From NCBI GenBank assembly GCA_965203445.1, contig OZ241883.1:1952001-2016000 (forward strand): a DNA stretch of 64,000 nt, in the 5' to 3' direction. The position numbers and the translations under genes were made by a program. Source of the stretch: Candidatus Oxydemutator sp. Its GTDB lineage: Bacteria > Pseudomonadota > Gammaproteobacteria > Poriferisulfidales > Oxydemutatoraceae. Below the pieces are notes generated by a model that did no database searches, was not told the DNA's origin, and worked only from the letters and a program-made list of their open reading frames with translations. Positions 9,879 through 21,846 of the stretch are shown here, piece after piece; the stretch's first letter is position 1, and every line of letters starts with the position of its first letter.

Positions 9879-10148
9879 ATGGCTTTACGAACTGAAGAGA
9901 AAAGCACAATCATCGGCCGCTACCGCCGCTCCGACAAAGACACCGGATCGGCCGAGGTCCAGGTTGCATTGCTGACTACGAGAATCAATTCTCTGCAAGA
10001 TCATTTTGCCCGGCACAAACACGACCATCATTCACGCAGGGGTCTGTTGAAGATGGTCAACGCAAGGCGCAAGCTGCTTGATTATTTGAAAGCGAGAGAC
10101 GTCGCTCGTTACCAGAAACTGATTGCCTCGTTGAAGCTGCGCCGCTGA
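9879..10148 (+). CDS. rpsO: 30S ribosomal protein S15
   Basis: [28 protein letters not shown]; 89 aa. Confidence 0.98.
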   Translation: MALRTEEKSTIIGRYRRSDKDTGSAEVQVALLTTRINSLQDHFARHKHDHHSRRGLLKMVNARRKLLDYLKARDVARYQKLIASLKLRR

Positions 10149-10285
10149 CGCGGTGCGCTTAGGCGCGCGGCGGCGGCTGGCCGGGGCACTCGATTTTTCG
10201 GTGCGCGCGCGGATGCGGGCGCTCGGACGAGGCGCTGCAAGAACGGCGACGACTCTACGGACCTCACGACTTGCAAGGTGGTGAG

Positions 10286-12373
10286 ATGAAGACTGTAGTC
10301 AAAAAATTCCAATACGGCGCGCACGACGTCGTTCTCGAAAGCGGCGCGCTCGCCCGTCAGGCGGACGGCGCGGTGCTGGTCAACGTGGCCGATACGGTGG
10401 TGCTGGTAACCGCGGTGTGCCGACGCGACGGCGCCGAGCAGCGCGATTTTCTGCCGCTCACGGTCAACTACCAGGAGCGCACCTACGCGGCGGGCAAGAT
10501 CCCGGGCGGTTTCTTCAGGCGCGAGGGGCGCCCGAGCGAGAAGGAGATCCTGATCTGTCGCCTGATCGACCGCCCGATGCGGCCGTTGTTTCCGCCTGGC
10601 TTCACCCAGGACGTGCAGATCGTTGCCACGGTCATGTCGCTCAACCCCGAGGTGGACGCGGACGTGCCGGCGCTGCTCGGGGCGTCGGCGGCGATGGCGA
10701 CTTCCGGCATTCCGTTCGACGGCCCGATCGGCGCCGCGCGCATCGGTTTTCACGACGAGCACTACGTGCTGAACCCGACGCTGTCGCAACTGGCGACCTC
10801 GGATCTCGATCTGGTGGTTGCCGGCACCGAGGGCGCGGTACTGATGGTCGAGTCGCAGGCGAAGCGGCTGACCGAGGCGCAGATGTTGGGCGCGGTGGAC
10901 TTCGGTCACCGCCAGATGCAGACCGCCATCGCCGCCATCAAGGAATTCGCCGCCGAGGTCGGGCGGCAGCCGTGGGCGTGGCAGCCGCCGGCGCGTGACG
11001 AGGCGCTGGCGGACGAGGTCGGGCGCCGTTGCAGCGACGGAATCGGCGAGGCCTACCGCGTGCGCGACAAACAGGAACGCCAGCAGCGGCTCGAGCAGTT
11101 GCGCGCTGATGCGGTGGCCGCGCTGGCGCCGGATGAGGACGGCGGCGACGCGGACAAAAAGTCACAGGTGCTCAAGGATTTCTCGAAACTGGAGAAAGAA
11201 ATCGTCCGCGCAAGCATACTCCAGGGAGAGAGGCGCATAGACGGCCGCGACACCCGCACCGTGCGCCCGATTCAGATCAGGACCAACCAACTGCCGCGCG
11301 CCCACGGCGACGCGCTGTTCACGCGCGGCGAGACCCAGGCCGTGGTCGCGGTGACCCTGGGCACCGACCGCGACGCGCAGATCATAGATAACATCGAAGG
11401 CGAGTCGCGCGACCGTTTCATGATGCACTACAACTTTCCCCCGTACTGCGTTGGCGAGACGGGTTTTATGGGGTCTCCGAAGCGGCGCGAAATCGGGCAC
11501 GGGCGTCTCGCCAAGCGCGGGCTGCTCGCGGTCATGCCGAGCAAGGAGGAGTTTCCCTACGTGTTGCGCGTGGTCTCGGAAGTCACCGAATCGAACGGTT
11601 CGAGCTCGATGGCCTCGGTGTGCGGCGCGAGCCTCGCGCTGATGGCGGCGGGCGTGCCGGTCAAGGCGTCGGTGGCGGGCATCGCGATGGGCCTGATCAT
11701 AGAAGGCGACAAGTTCGCGGTGCTGACCGACATCATGGGCGACGAGGATCATTTCGGCGACATGGACTTCAAGGTGGCGGGCACCGCCGACGGCGTCACC
11801 GCGCTGCAAATGGACATCAAGGTCGGCGGGGTGACGTCCGAGATCATGGCGGTCGCGCTCGAGCGCGCGCGCGAGGGGCGCCTGCACGTCCTGGAAAAAA
11901 TGAACGAGGCGCTGGCGGCGCCGCAGGAAATGTCGAAATACGCGCCGCGTCTCCTGACGATGCGCATCAAGCCGGCCAAGATCCGCGAGGTGATCGGCAA
12001 AGGAGGCTCGACGATACGCTCGATCACCGAGGACACCGGCGCCACCGTGGACATAGACGACGACGGCGTGGTGACCATCGCCTCCGCCGACCGCGACGCG
12101 GCCGCCAATGCCAAAAAACGGATAGAGGACATCATCGCCGACGTCGAAGTGGGCAAGATCTACGACGGCACCGTCGCCCGCATCGTCGAATTCGGCGCGT
12201 TCGTCACGATCTTGCCGGGGCGCGACGGGCTGGTGCATATCTCGCAGATCTCGGAGCAGCGCGTCGAGTCGGTCAGCGACGAGCTGAGCGAGGGCGACCG
12301 GATAAGGGTCAAGGTGCTGGACGTGGATCGCCAGGGGCGCATACGTCTGAGCATGAGAGAGTTGGATGGCTGA
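10286..12373 (+). CDS. pnp: Polyribonucleotide nucleotidyltransferase (PNPase)
   Basis: [39 protein letters not shown] and S1 domains. Confidence 0.98.
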   Translation: MKTVVKKFQYGAHDVVLESGALARQADGAVLVNVADTVVLVTAVCRRDGAEQRDFLPLTVNYQERTYAAGKIPGGFFRREGRPSEKEILICRLIDRPMRPLFPPGFTQDVQIVATVMSLNPEVDADVPALLGASAAMATSGIPFDGPIGAARIGFHDEHYVLNPTLSQLATSDLDLVVAGTEGAVLMVESQAKRLTEAQMLGAVDFGHRQMQTAIAAIKEFAAEVGRQPWAWQPPARDEALADEVGRRCSDGIGEAYRVRDKQERQQRLEQLRADAVAALAPDEDGGDADKKSQVLKDFSKLEKEIVRASILQGERRIDGRDTRTVRPIQIRTNQLPRAHGDALFTRGETQAVVAVTLGTDRDAQIIDNIEGESRDRFMMHYNFPPYCVGETGFMGSPKRREIGHGRLAKRGLLAVMPSKEEFPYVLRVVSEVTESNGSSSMASVCGASLALMAAGVPVKASVAGIAMGLIIEGDKFAVLTDIMGDEDHFGDMDFKVAGTADGVTALQMDIKVGGVTSEIMAVALERAREGRLHVLEKMNEALAAPQEMSKYAPRLLTMRIKPAKIREVIGKGGSTIRSITEDTGATVDIDDDGVVTIASADRDAAANAKKRIEDIIADVEVGKIYDGTVARIVEFGAFVTILPGRDGLVHISQISEQRVESVSDELSEGDRIRVKVLDVDRQGRIRLSMRELDG

Positions 12374-12809
12374 AGGCGGCCCGCGGCGACGGCTGGCGGA
12401 GGGTGGTCGCAAGGCGCCCGGCAAAGTAGTCCGAAGCAACGAGGAATGGCGCGCGCTCCTGAGCGAACGACAATACCGGGTCTGTCGCCTGCGCGACACC
12501 GAGCCGGCGTTCGCCAACGCCTACCACGACTGCGAAGAGGCGGGCGTATACCATTGTGTCTGCTGCCAGGCGCCGTTGTTCTCATCCGACGCAAAGTTCG
12601 ACTCCGGCACCGGGTGGCCTAGTTTTTCGGCGGCGTTGGATGGTTCGTATATAGACACCGCCATAGACCACTCCCACGGCATGACCCGCATCGAAGTATC
12701 GTGCGCGGCCTGCGACGCCCACCTGGGGCACGTTTTCTCCGATGGAGCGGCGCCGACCGGCGCGCGCTACTGCATCAATTCGGCGGCGCTGGCCCTCAGA
12801 AGGAAGTGA
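12366..12809 (+). CDS. msrB: Peptide-methionine (R)-S-oxide reductase MsrB
   Basis: [28 protein letters not shown]. Confidence 0.95.
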   Translation: MAEGGPRRRLAEGGRKAPGKVVRSNEEWRALLSERQYRVCRLRDTEPAFANAYHDCEEAGVYHCVCCQAPLFSSDAKFDSGTGWPSFSAALDGSYIDTAIDHSHGMTRIEVSCAACDAHLGHVFSDGAAPTGARYCINSAALALRRK

Positions 12810-12913
12810 GCGCCGGGGCGTTCGGGGATATGGTAAGATGACGAACCATAACGCTGGTTCCGGTAACCGCCGATCCGGCGTTCCGATACAGGAGAAACAA
12901 AAGGAGAAACACC

Positions 12914-13093
12914 ATGATAGTGAAATGGGATGAAAACACCTGCATTCATGCGGGCAAATGTGTCCAGGGCTTGCCCACCGTATTCAAAGTGGTGGACGGA
13001 AAATTCGAGATTGATCAGTCGGGCGCCAGCGAGCAATCCATCCGCGACCAGGTCGCCGAGTGCCCGTCCGGTGCGTTGACAATCGAAGAGTAA
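12914..13093 (+). CDS. Small divergent 4Fe-4S mono-cluster ferredoxin (YjdI-like), 59 aa
   Basis: Not in the ORF track. AGGAG RBS; MIVKWDENTCIHAGKCVQGLPTVF...CPSGALTIEE. Confidence 0.85.
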   Translation: MIVKWDENTCIHAGKCVQGLPTVFKVVDGKFEIDQSGASEQSIRDQVAECPSGALTIEE

Positions 13094-13303
13094 CCCTATA
13101 CGACTGCGCGCGCCTGATGCTGTAGTCGGGCGCGTGCGCCCAAGCGGCGTTGTTTTCCTCACCAATATTTCCATTCGATGCGTGAATCCCAAGGCCACCG
13201 TTCCCGGCAACTCCCGCAACGACGGCCTTGTTCGTTCACGCTCCCCGATCAGGGAAAAATCCTCGCCGCTTCGCCGCGCGGGGTCTGAACAAAAGCGCTA
13301 GCG

Positions 13304-14383
13304 ATGTTCGATTTTTTCAGCCGCAAGAAAGACCATGACGCGGTAATCAACTCGCGCACCCGCGTCACCGTGAAGGCCGGACAGAACCTTCTGGCGGCGG
13401 CGTTGGAGGCGGGCCTGGACTGGCCGCACGATTGCCGCGTCGGCAGTTGCGGCACGTGCCGTTGCAGGCTGAAGGCCGGGAAGATAAAAGCGCTTTCCGA
13501 CTTCACCTACGTTCTGACTGGCGAGCAGTTGCGCGACGGCGTGATTCTGGCCTGCCAGGCGGCGCTCAAGAGTGACGTCGAGGTCGAGGTCGCCCTGGGG
13601 GACGGCCGCGCCGGGATTGCGACGCTGGAGCGGCGGGCCGTGCTGGCCAGGAGCAGAGCCTTGACGCACGACATCCTCGAGTTGACGCTGGCCTGCGACG
13701 AACCGCTTCCCGACGGCATCATCGCCGGCCAATACGCGGAGATCGGCTACCACGGCCTGAGCAAGCCGCGCTCCTATTCCTTTGCAAAGTCCCCCGCGAA
13801 CGAGGAGCACGCGCAGCTGACGTTCTACGTCCGCCACGTGCCGGGCGGGGAATTCACCGACTGGCTTTTCGCCGAGGACCGCACCGGCGCGCGCCTGACG
13901 GTCACGTTGCCTTTCGGCAGCTTTCACCTGCACGACGCCGACGCGCCGATGATCTGCATCGCCGGCGGCAGCGGCATCAGCGCGATCAAGGCGATACTCG
14001 AGCACGCCTGCGACGCCGGCGTCGCCCGCGACGTTTATTTTCTGTTCGGCGCGCGCGCGCAGCGCGATCTGTACTGCCGTGCCGAGATCCGCGACATCAA
14101 GGAGCGCTGGAACAAAGCCCACGCCTTCGAGTTCGTCGAGGTGTTGTCCGACGAGCCCGCGGACAGCGACTGGAGCGGGCCGCGCGGCTTCGTCACGGAG
14201 TATCTGCGCGCCTCTTATATCGAGTCGAAGCGTCTCGACGTGACGCAGTGCCAGGGCTATTTGTGCGGGCCGCCGCCGATGATAGACGCGGGCATCGAAC
14301 TCCTCACGCAATCGGGCATGCCTGAGGAGCGGATTTTCTACGACAAATTTTTGGATGCGAGCACTCTTCCCGGCGGGCGCTGA
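13304..14383 (+). CDS. 2Fe-2S/FAD/NAD(P)H oxidoreductase, XylA/CymAb-like monooxygenase reductase
   Basis: PHDCRVGSCGTC...LAC ferredoxin domain, RSYSFA, GGEFT, IAGGSGI, YLCGPPPMID, FYDKF. Confidence 0.88.
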   Translation: MFDFFSRKKDHDAVINSRTRVTVKAGQNLLAAALEAGLDWPHDCRVGSCGTCRCRLKAGKIKALSDFTYVLTGEQLRDGVILACQAALKSDVEVEVALGDGRAGIATLERRAVLARSRALTHDILELTLACDEPLPDGIIAGQYAEIGYHGLSKPRSYSFAKSPANEEHAQLTFYVRHVPGGEFTDWLFAEDRTGARLTVTLPFGSFHLHDADAPMICIAGGSGISAIKAILEHACDAGVARDVYFLFGARAQRDLYCRAEIRDIKERWNKAHAFEFVEVLSDEPADSDWSGPRGFVTEYLRASYIESKRLDVTQCQGYLCGPPPMIDAGIELLTQSGMPEERIFYDKFLDASTLPGGR

Positions 14384-14413
14384 GCGCGGCCTCTGACGGC
14401 GCCCGCGCCTGGC

Positions 14414-15061
14414 TCACACCGAGGCCATCTGCCTTTCTCTGATTTCGTCCAGGGTCTTGCAGTCTATGCACATGGTCGCGGTCGGGCGCGCCTCGAGGCG
14501 GCTGATGCCGATTTCTACGCCGCATAGCTCGCAATGGCCGTACTCGTTGTTGTCTATTCGGGCGATCGCCTGGTCTATTTTCCTGAGGAGCTTGCGTTCG
14601 CGGTCGCGTTCCCGCAACTCGAGGCTGAAGCCTTCTTCCTGAGTGGCGCGGTCGGCCGAGTCCGCGTAGTTGTTGGAATCGGTTTTCATGTGGATGACCG
14701 TGCGGTCCACTTCCTGCATCAAGGCTTCTTTCCAGGAGATCATCAGCTTGCGAAAGTGTTCCAGTTGTCTGCGGTTCATGTACTTTTCGCCTTTCCTTCT
14801 CTTGTAGGGCTTGACGCCGCCCGCCGCCGCGCCGCCGCGCCGCGCGGGCGTACGCGCGCTGGTTTTCTTTCTGGTCGCGGCGGTTTTTCCGGCTGCGCTC
14901 GCGGGCGCCTTGCCGGCCGCGTGCGCGCTCCTGGGCGCTCGCTTCTTGGGCGCCTGCTTTTTGGCGGGCGCTTTTTTGGCGCCGGGCGCCTTTTTTTTGG
15001 CGGCGGTCACGGCGGTTTTGCGCGTGACTCTCCTGGTCGCTTTCTTGATTGTCTTTGGCAT
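14414..15061 (-). CDS. dksA: RNA polymerase-binding transcription factor DksA with a Lys/Ala-rich N-terminal extension
   Basis: ADSADRATQEE.FSLELR.RDRERKL, C4 zinc finger, RLEARPTA.MCIDCK. Confidence 0.95.
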   Translation of the reverse strand: MPKTIKKATRRVTRKTAVTAAKKKAPGAKKAPAKKQAPKKRAPRSAHAAGKAPASAAGKTAATRKKTSARTPARRGGAAAGGVKPYKRRKGEKYMNRRQLEHFRKLMISWKEALMQEVDRTVIHMKTDSNNYADSADRATQEEGFSLELRERDRERKLLRKIDQAIARIDNNEYGHCELCGVEIGISRLEARPTATMCIDCKTLDEIRERQMASV

Positions 15062-15115
15062 CGTTTCCTTTTATCAATTTATAGGCGGCCGCGCAAGCGG
15101 CGGCAGGGCCGGCGT

Positions 15116-16447
15116 TCAGGTTACTTTTACGGCGATTTCGCCGTCTGCGACGAGAATCTCCAAAGGCTGGTCTTTGTGCACGCTCGCTACCGAACGAATG
15201 ACGCGCCCTTGCTTGTCCGTGGCTATCGCGTAGCCACGCTTCAGGGTCGCGCGCGGGCCCAGCGCGTCCAGCCTGGCGGCCACTTTTTCCAATGCGTGCA
15301 TTTTACCCGAAACGAGTTTGTCCATCACCGACGACAATTCGCGGGCGTTGCGCCGCAGGCGACCCGTATGCATCCTGACCAGGGCACGGGGGTTGGCGCG
15401 CGCCAGCAAGGCGTTCGCGTGTCCGTAGCGCAGGCGTTCGGCGGACAGGCGATTTTTCGCACCGGCGCCGAGCCTCTCCTGGAGTTCGTCGAATTGCCGC
15501 GTCAGGTTGCGCACGCGAATCGCCGGGTGGAAACGCAGCAGGTCGTCGTGCAGTCGCTTTGCGCGCCGGCGGTCGTCGGCGACCGCGGTGCGCATGAGGC
15601 GCGCCAGCCGCCGCGCGAGTTCGAGCAGCCGGCCGCCGGTCGCGGCCGCGTCGGGACTGGCCCGCGCGGCCGCGGCCGACGGCGTCGGCGCGCGGTAGTC
15701 GCTTGCGAAGTCGGCGATCGTGAAGTCGATCTCGTGGCCGACCCCGCTTACCACCGGCAGCCGCGACGCGACGATCGCGCGCGCGACGCTCTCGTCGTTG
15801 AAAGCCTGCAAGTCCTCGAGCGATCCGCCGCCGCGCACCAGCAACAGCAGCTCGGCGGCGCCGTGGCGGTTTGCAAGCTCGAGCGCCCCGACGACGCCGG
15901 CGACGGCGCCCGCGCCTTGCACCGGCGTCGGATAGACGATCAGGCGGATCATCGCGCAGCGCTTGCGCACGACCGCGACGACGTCGCGCAGCGCGGCCGC
16001 GTCCGGCGAGGTGACGACGCCGAGCGTGCGCGGCCACGGCGGCAGCGGCCGTTTGCGCGCCTGGTCGAAAAGACCCTCGCGGTCGAGTTTTTGTTTCAGC
16101 GCCTCGAAGCGGCGCTGCAACTCGCCGACCCCGGCCGCCTCCATGCGTTCGACGATCAGCTGCAACTCGCCGCGCGGTTCGTAACAATCGGGCCTGGCGC
16201 GCACGATCACCCGTTCGCCGTTTTCGGGCGCGGCCGCAAGCGCCCGGTTTTTGCCGCGAAACATCGCGCAGCGAATTTGCGCGTAGTGATCCTTGACGGT
16301 GAAGTACATGTGGCCGGAGGCGGCGACCACGAAATTGGAGATCTCACCCTCCAGCCACAGCGGCGCGGTGTAGTCGCGCGCCAGCATCCGGCGCAGCTCG
16401 CCGAGCAGGCGGCTGACCGTATAGACGTCGGTTGTGGCGGGCTTCAT
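15116..16447 (-). CDS. xseA: Exodeoxyribonuclease VII large subunit
   Basis: WLEGEISNF...[43 protein letters not shown]; divergent from guaB. Confidence 0.95.
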   Translation of the reverse strand: MKPATTDVYTVSRLLGELRRMLARDYTAPLWLEGEISNFVVAASGHMYFTVKDHYAQIRCAMFRGKNRALAAAPENGERVIVRARPDCYEPRGELQLIVERMEAAGVGELQRRFEALKQKLDREGLFDQARKRPLPPWPRTLGVVTSPDAAALRDVVAVVRKRCAMIRLIVYPTPVQGAGAVAGVVGALELANRHGAAELLLLVRGGGSLEDLQAFNDESVARAIVASRLPVVSGVGHEIDFTIADFASDYRAPTPSAAAARASPDAAATGGRLLELARRLARLMRTAVADDRRRAKRLHDDLLRFHPAIRVRNLTRQFDELQERLGAGAKNRLSAERLRYGHANALLARANPRALVRMHTGRLRRNARELSSVMDKLVSGKMHALEKVAARLDALGPRATLKRGYAIATDKQGRVIRSVASVHKDQPLEILVADGEIAVKVT

Positions 16448-16592
16448 CGTCGTTTGCCGGAGGCGTCGCTGTGGTGGTTCCGGGTGCGGGGTTTCGGGTC
16501 GCGCCCCCGGGAGGTCTCCTTCGGGGTATGCTAAAATTGTATTGTCGCATAGGCCGGGGCATTTCCATACCCGGCTTGTTCGATCCGGTATC

Positions 16593-18053
16593 ATGGAACG
16601 CTTACGGGAAGCCCTCACTTTCGACGACGTTCTCCTGGTGCCCGGCTATTCCGAGGTGCTGCCCGCCGACACCGACCTGCGCACGCGCCTGACGCGCGAG
16701 ATTTCCCTGAATATCCCGCTGGTGTCGGCGGCCATGGACACCGTCACCGAAGCCGCGCTTGCGATTGCGATGGCCCAGGAAGGCGGCCTGGGTTTCATCC
16801 ACAGGAACATGGCGCTCGAGCGACAGGCGGACGAGGTCAGGCGCGTCAAGAAATTCGAGAGCGGCGTCATCAGCGACCCGATTACCGTGCCCCTCGCGGC
16901 CACGGTCAGCGAGGTTCTCGCACTGATGAGGCAACACGACGTCTCCGGCGTGCCCGTGGTCGAGGGCAAAAACCTGGTCGGCATAGTTACCCACAGGGAC
17001 CTGCGTTTCGAGGTGCGCATGAACGAGGCGGTGGCCTCGGTGATGACGCCCAAGGAGCGCCTGGTCACGGTCGCCGAGGGCGCCGACAAGGACGAGGTGC
17101 TGCGCCTGCTGCACGAGCACCGCATAGAGAAAATGCCGGTGGTCAACGATGAGTTTCAGTTGCGCGGACTGATCACGGTCAAGGATTTCCAGAAATCGGT
17201 GCAATATCCGAACGCCTGCAAGGACGCGAGCGGGCGCCTGCGCGTCGGCGCCGCCGTCGGCATAGGCGGCGACACCTTGGAGCGCGCCGGGGCGTTGATT
17301 GCGGCCGGGGCCGACGCCATCGCGGTCGACACCGCGCACGGCTTCGCCCGCAGCGTGCTGGACGTCGTGCGCGACCTGAGGGCGGCCTTTCCCGAGGCGC
17401 AGATCGTCGCCGGCAACGTCGCCACCTCGGAGGCCGCGGCGAAACTGGTCGAGATGGGCGCCGACGCGATCAAGGTGGGCATAGGCCCAGGCTCGATCTG
17501 CACGACGCGCATCGTCGCCGGCGTCGGCATTCCGCAGTTCACCGCGATTCGGCAGGTGGCCTCGGGCGTGGGCGAGGACACGCCGGTGATCGCCGACGGC
17601 GGCGTCCGCTTCTCGGGCGACGTCGCAAAGGCGCTCGCCGCCGGCGCCTCGGCGGTCATGATCGGCGGCCTGTTCGCCGGCGCCGAGGAGGCGCCCGGCG
17701 GCATCGAGTTGTACCAGGGGCGCTCGTACAAATCCTACCGCGGCATGGGTTCGCTGGCGGCGATGCAACGCGAGGTCAGCGACCGCTATTTCCAGTCCGC
17801 CGCCGACGCCGACGGCGCTAAGCTCGTGCCCGAGGGCATCGAGGGCCGCGTTCCGTATTGCGGCGTCCTGTCCGACATCGTCTATCAGTTGCTGGGCGGC
17901 GTGCGCTCGAGCATGGGCTATCTGGGTTGTGCCGACGTGCGCGAGATGCATCGCAAGGCGAGTTTCGTGCGCATCACCGCGGCGGGCATGAAGGAGAGCC
18001 ACGTCCACGACGTGACGATCACCAAAGAGGCGCCGAATTACCACGCCGGCTGA
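16593..18053 (+). CDS. guaB: IMP dehydrogenase
   Basis: [28 protein letters not shown] pair. Confidence 0.98.
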   Translation: MERLREALTFDDVLLVPGYSEVLPADTDLRTRLTREISLNIPLVSAAMDTVTEAALAIAMAQEGGLGFIHRNMALERQADEVRRVKKFESGVISDPITVPLAATVSEVLALMRQHDVSGVPVVEGKNLVGIVTHRDLRFEVRMNEAVASVMTPKERLVTVAEGADKDEVLRLLHEHRIEKMPVVNDEFQLRGLITVKDFQKSVQYPNACKDASGRLRVGAAVGIGGDTLERAGALIAAGADAIAVDTAHGFARSVLDVVRDLRAAFPEAQIVAGNVATSEAAAKLVEMGADAIKVGIGPGSICTTRIVAGVGIPQFTAIRQVASGVGEDTPVIADGGVRFSGDVAKALAAGASAVMIGGLFAGAEEAPGGIELYQGRSYKSYRGMGSLAAMQREVSDRYFQSAADADGAKLVPEGIEGRVPYCGVLSDIVYQLLGGVRSSMGYLGCADVREMHRKASFVRITAAGMKESHVHDVTITKEAPNYHAG

Positions 18054-18070
18054 GCACGGACTTGCGGCAC

Positions 18071-19621
18071 ATGCGCGAGGCGCGGACACAAGACAAAGTC
18101 GCAATCATAGATTTCGGCTCCCAGTACACGCAGCTGATCGCGCGTCGCGTGCGCGAGATCGGCGTCTATAGCGAGATTTTTCCGTACACCGCGCGCGCCG
18201 GCGAAGTGCGCGGGTTCGCCCCCAAATGCCTGATTCTGTCGGGCGGCCCCGAGTCGGTGACCGTGGGCGAGGCGCCGCAGCCCGGCTTCGACGTCACCTC
18301 CCTCGGCGCGCCGGTGCTCGGCATCTGCTACGGCATGCAGTGGCTGGCCTCGCACCTGGGCGGCAGGGTCGAGGCCGCCCGGCACCGCGAGTTCGGCAGC
18401 GCCGACGTCACGATCACGAGGCCGACGCGGCTACTCGGCGACGGCGGCGCCGGCGCGTTGCAGACGTGGATGTCGCACGGCGACCGCGTGACCGCGCTGC
18501 CGCCCGGTTTTGCGGGCGTGGCCCGCAGCCGCTCCTCGCCGATCGCGGCGATGGCCGACGAGCAGCGCGCGATCTACGGCTTGCAGTTTCACCCGGAAGT
18601 GGCGCACACGCCGCGCGGGCCGGAGATCCTGCGCCGCTTCGTGTGCGACGTCGCCGGCTGCCGGCGGAATTGGGTCGCCCGCGGCATCGTCCACGAGAGC
18701 GTGCGTCGCATCCGCGAGCGGGTCGGCGGCGAGCAGGTGGTGCTGGGGCTTTCGGGCGGCGTGGATTCCGCGGTCGCGGCGCTGCTGATACGCCGGGCGA
18801 TCGGCGATCAGCTGCACTGCGTGTTCATAGACAACGGCCTGTTGCGCCACGGCGAGCAGCGGCAAGTGCGCGATACCTTTTCGCGGCATTTCGGCGTGGA
18901 CTTGCGCGTGGTCGAGGCCGCCGACGTCTTTTTGAAAAAACTGCAAGGGGTGACGGATCCCGAGCAAAAACGCAGGATCATCGGCGCCCTGTTCGTGGAG
19001 TTGTTCGAGGAGCAGGCGCGCACCATCGAAGACGCGCGTTGGCTGGCGCAGGGCACGATCTATCCCGACGTGATCGAGTCGGCGAAGCGCCAGGGCGCCC
19101 ACCTCATCAAGTCGCACCACAACGTCGCCGGACTGCCGGAGAAGATGCGGCTGAAACTGTTGGAACCGCTCGCCGGGTTGTTCAAGGACGAGGTGCGCGC
19201 GGTCGGCGCCGAGTTGGGCCTGGCAGCCGAGTTTATAAGCCGGCATCCTTTTCCGGGGCCCGGCCTCGCGGTGCGCGTGATCGGCGAGATCGACGCCCGG
19301 GCGCTCGACCTGTTGCGCCGCGCCGACGCCGTCTTCATCGAGGAACTGCGCAGCCGCGGTCTGTACGAGCGGGTGGCCCAGGCGTTTGCGGTTCTTCTGC
19401 CGGTGCGCTCGGTCGGCGTCATGGGCGACGGCAGGCACTACGGGCGCGTCGTCGTGCTGCGCGCGGTTGAGACCGACGACTTTATGACCGCGCGCTGCGC
19501 CCGCTTCCCCGACGGTTTCATCGAGGGCGTGTCGCACAGAATCGTCAATGAGGTGCCGGGCGTCTCGCGCGTCTGCTACGACGTGAGCGGCAAGCCGCCG
19601 GCCACCATCGAGTGGGAATGA
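18071..19621 (+). CDS. guaA: GMP synthase (glutamine-hydrolysing)
   Basis: [38 protein letters not shown]. Confidence 0.98.
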   Translation: MREARTQDKVAIIDFGSQYTQLIARRVREIGVYSEIFPYTARAGEVRGFAPKCLILSGGPESVTVGEAPQPGFDVTSLGAPVLGICYGMQWLASHLGGRVEAARHREFGSADVTITRPTRLLGDGGAGALQTWMSHGDRVTALPPGFAGVARSRSSPIAAMADEQRAIYGLQFHPEVAHTPRGPEILRRFVCDVAGCRRNWVARGIVHESVRRIRERVGGEQVVLGLSGGVDSAVAALLIRRAIGDQLHCVFIDNGLLRHGEQRQVRDTFSRHFGVDLRVVEAADVFLKKLQGVTDPEQKRRIIGALFVELFEEQARTIEDARWLAQGTIYPDVIESAKRQGAHLIKSHHNVAGLPEKMRLKLLEPLAGLFKDEVRAVGAELGLAAEFISRHPFPGPGLAVRVIGEIDARALDLLRRADAVFIEELRSRGLYERVAQAFAVLLPVRSVGVMGDGRHYGRVVVLRAVETDDFMTARCARFPDGFIEGVSHRIVNEVPGVSRVCYDVSGKPPATIEWE

Positions 19622-20103
19622 GGCACCCGGCGCCCGGGCCGGCGCCCGAAGCGGCGCGCGACGATTTCCATTGTATGCGGCTTGCGTTGGCCGAGGCGCG
19701 CGCCGCCCAGCGCCTGGGAGAGGTGCCGGTGGGCGCGGTGGTCGTGCATCGGGGCGCGGTCATAGCGCGTGGGCGCAATACCTCCATCGCCGACGGCGAT
19801 CCGTCGGCGCACGCCGAGATCGTCGCGTTGCGCGCGGCCGGGCGCCGGCTGGCCAATTACCGCCTGAACGACGCCGTGCTCTACGTGACCCTGGAACCCT
19901 GCGTGATGTGCTTTGCGGCGATGGTGCACGCGCGCATCGCGCGCCTGGTCTATGGCGCGGCCGATCCGGCGACGGGCGCCTTGAGCGGCGCTTTTCAACT
20001 GGAAGGCCACCCGGCTTTCAACCATGCTTTTGCGGTGACCGGCGGCGTGCTCGAGGCCGAATGCGGCGGCGTGCTCAAGGCTTTCTTCGACGCCCGGCGA
20101 TAG
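19618..20103 (+). CDS. tadA: tRNA adenosine(34) deaminase TadA
   Basis: [23 protein letters not shown]. Confidence 0.93.
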   Translation: MRHPAPGPAPEAARDDFHCMRLALAEARAAQRLGEVPVGAVVVHRGAVIARGRNTSIADGDPSAHAEIVALRAAGRRLANYRLNDAVLYVTLEPCVMCFAAMVHARIARLVYGAADPATGALSGAFQLEGHPAFNHAFAVTGGVLEAECGGVLKAFFDARR

Positions 20104-20127
20104 CCGCCGGCGCGTCGCGGCACAATC

Positions 20128-21603
20128 TCACAGAGGCGCCGGCGCAACGGCGTTCAGGCGCGCCGGTCTCGGTATCCTGGTGGAAACGTCGCCTTCGAGC
20201 CGGTCCATCAGGCGCCGGTAGCTGCGGATGTTTCTGACGTAGAGCAGCGTGTCGCCGCCGCGCGGTTTGCCGTGGCGCGCGGCGCGGTACCAGCGCGGCC
20301 GTTGCAACAGGCGCAGCGCTTTTTTCAGATCCGGCCACGACGCGGGGTTGGCGCCTTGGCGCGCGGCAAGTTCCATCGCGTCCGCGGCGTGGCCGTAGCC
20401 GGAGTTGTACGCGACCAGCGCCAGCCACGTGCGATCCGGTTCGGGAACGCCGGCGGGAACCTTCTCCTTCATCGCCAGGAAATGGCGGGCGCCGCCGAGG
20501 ATGCTCGCGTAGGCGTCGGCGCGGTCTTCGACGCCGTAGTGTTCGGCGGTGTCGCGCGTCAGCATCATCATGCCCCTGACGCCGGTCGGCGACACCGCGC
20601 CGGGATCCCAGTGGGACTCTTGATAGGCGACCGCGGCGAGTAGTTTCCAGTTCACTTTGTACAGCGCGGCCGCGCGCCGGAATAGATCGCGATACTTGGG
20701 CAGTTCGGCGTCGGCCGATTCGAGAAAGGTGAGTTTGTCGGCGTACGCGAGCGGCGTTCCGTGCAGCTGGTGCTTGTCGAGCAGACGCTCGAGCTCGCCG
20801 TCGCGCTTCACGCCCTCGAAGAAATCCGCGACCGCCGCGGCCAGTTTCGTGGGCGCGTCTTGCCGCAACAGCCACGCCACCGGCAGCGCGCCCGGCACCT
20901 CGAATGCGACCTTGACGTAGGGGTAGAACGGGCGCGACGCCGCGAGTTCGCTCGAGTCGGCGATGGTGTAGCGGATCAGGCCGAGGTTGAGCCACTCGAT
21001 CAGCTCGTGCGAATCGGTGTTTTCGCGGACGTACCAGTCGCCGGCGGCGTGCGTCTTCTGCTTCGCCGCGGCCAGGGTCTCGAGGTGGCTTGGGTGGGGG
21101 CTTACGTCCACGTCTTCCAGCGCCACCGTCTCCAGCGCGGCGGGGGGCGCGTCGGGGTGGCGGTAGATGAACTGCTGGCTGACCTGGTAGTAGGGGGGCG
21201 ACGAGGCGAAGCGTTGTTCCAGCGTCTCGGTGACACTCAAGGCGCCGGCGGCGATCTGCACTTGGCCGTCCTCCAGCAGTGCAAGCGCCTCGGCGACCGT
21301 GACCGTCGGGATGATTTCGAGCGCGCCCTCGTATTCCGCCGCGAACGCCTCGAGCAAGTCGTGATCAAGGCCGACCGGGCGTTGCTCCAGCCAGTAGTAG
21401 CCGGCGGGGTTGGCGCGCACCGCGACCCTGACGCGCCCGGCGGATTCCTCCTCCTGCTCTGGCGCCGGCTGGTGGCCGCATCCGGCCAGGATCGCGGCGA
21501 TCAGAAATGCCGCTGTTTTCGGGGGGGACGTTTGCGCACGATGCCGCGCGTGCGCGCTGCGCTCTGATGTCTTGCATTTAATATGTGCTTGTTTATTCAT
21601 CAC
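20128..21603 (-). CDS. mltF: Membrane-bound lytic murein transglycosylase F (start uncertain)
   Basis: Substrate-binding domain plus SLT domain (YQESHWDP.AVSPTGVRGMMMLT, AYNSG.GH); next to tadA. Confidence 0.9.
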   Translation of the reverse strand: MMNKQAHIKCKTSERSAHARHRAQTSPPKTAAFLIAAILAGCGHQPAPEQEEESAGRVRVAVRANPAGYYWLEQRPVGLDHDLLEAFAAEYEGALEIIPTVTVAEALALLEDGQVQIAAGALSVTETLEQRFASSPPYYQVSQQFIYRHPDAPPAALETVALEDVDVSPHPSHLETLAAAKQKTHAAGDWYVRENTDSHELIEWLNLGLIRYTIADSSELAASRPFYPYVKVAFEVPGALPVAWLLRQDAPTKLAAAVADFFEGVKRDGELERLLDKHQLHGTPLAYADKLTFLESADAELPKYRDLFRRAAALYKVNWKLLAAVAYQESHWDPGAVSPTGVRGMMMLTRDTAEHYGVEDRADAYASILGGARHFLAMKEKVPAGVPEPDRTWLALVAYNSGYGHAADAMELAARQGANPASWPDLKKALRLLQRPRWYRAARHGKPRGGDTLLYVRNIRSYRRLMDRLEGDVSTRIPRPARLNAVAPAPL

Positions 21604-21613
21604 TTATTGATCT

Positions 21614-21645
21614 TTTCCGGCGACGGCGCCTCTTTCCGGCGACGG
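21614..21645. repeat. 13-bp direct repeat TTTCCGGCGACGG x2 (19-bp period) in the divergent mltF/monooxygenase intergenic region
   Basis: Copies at 21614-21626 and 21633-21645. Confidence 0.6.
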
Positions 21646-21786
21646 TGCACCGCATATAATTTAAGTTATAGTACGACCGCAAGCCCATCCCCCGATTCGG
21701 AGCGCTCCCTCTATATACTATGCCCCGGATTGTTCTTGTCACACCCTTGTTACATATAGGGTAATTTGTGCTACTATACCCCCCAT

Positions 21787-21814
21787 CAGATTACCACCCT
21801 CGTGGTGGTATCTG
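21787..21814 (+). promoter_or_regulatory. Stem-loop or inverted repeat in the monooxygenase leader
   Basis: CAGATTACCACC-CTCGT-GGTGGTATCTG, just upstream of the AGGAGG RBS (21832-21837). Confidence 0.45.
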
Positions 21815-21846
21815 GTAATGAGTAATTACCTAGGAGGTACTCGTTT

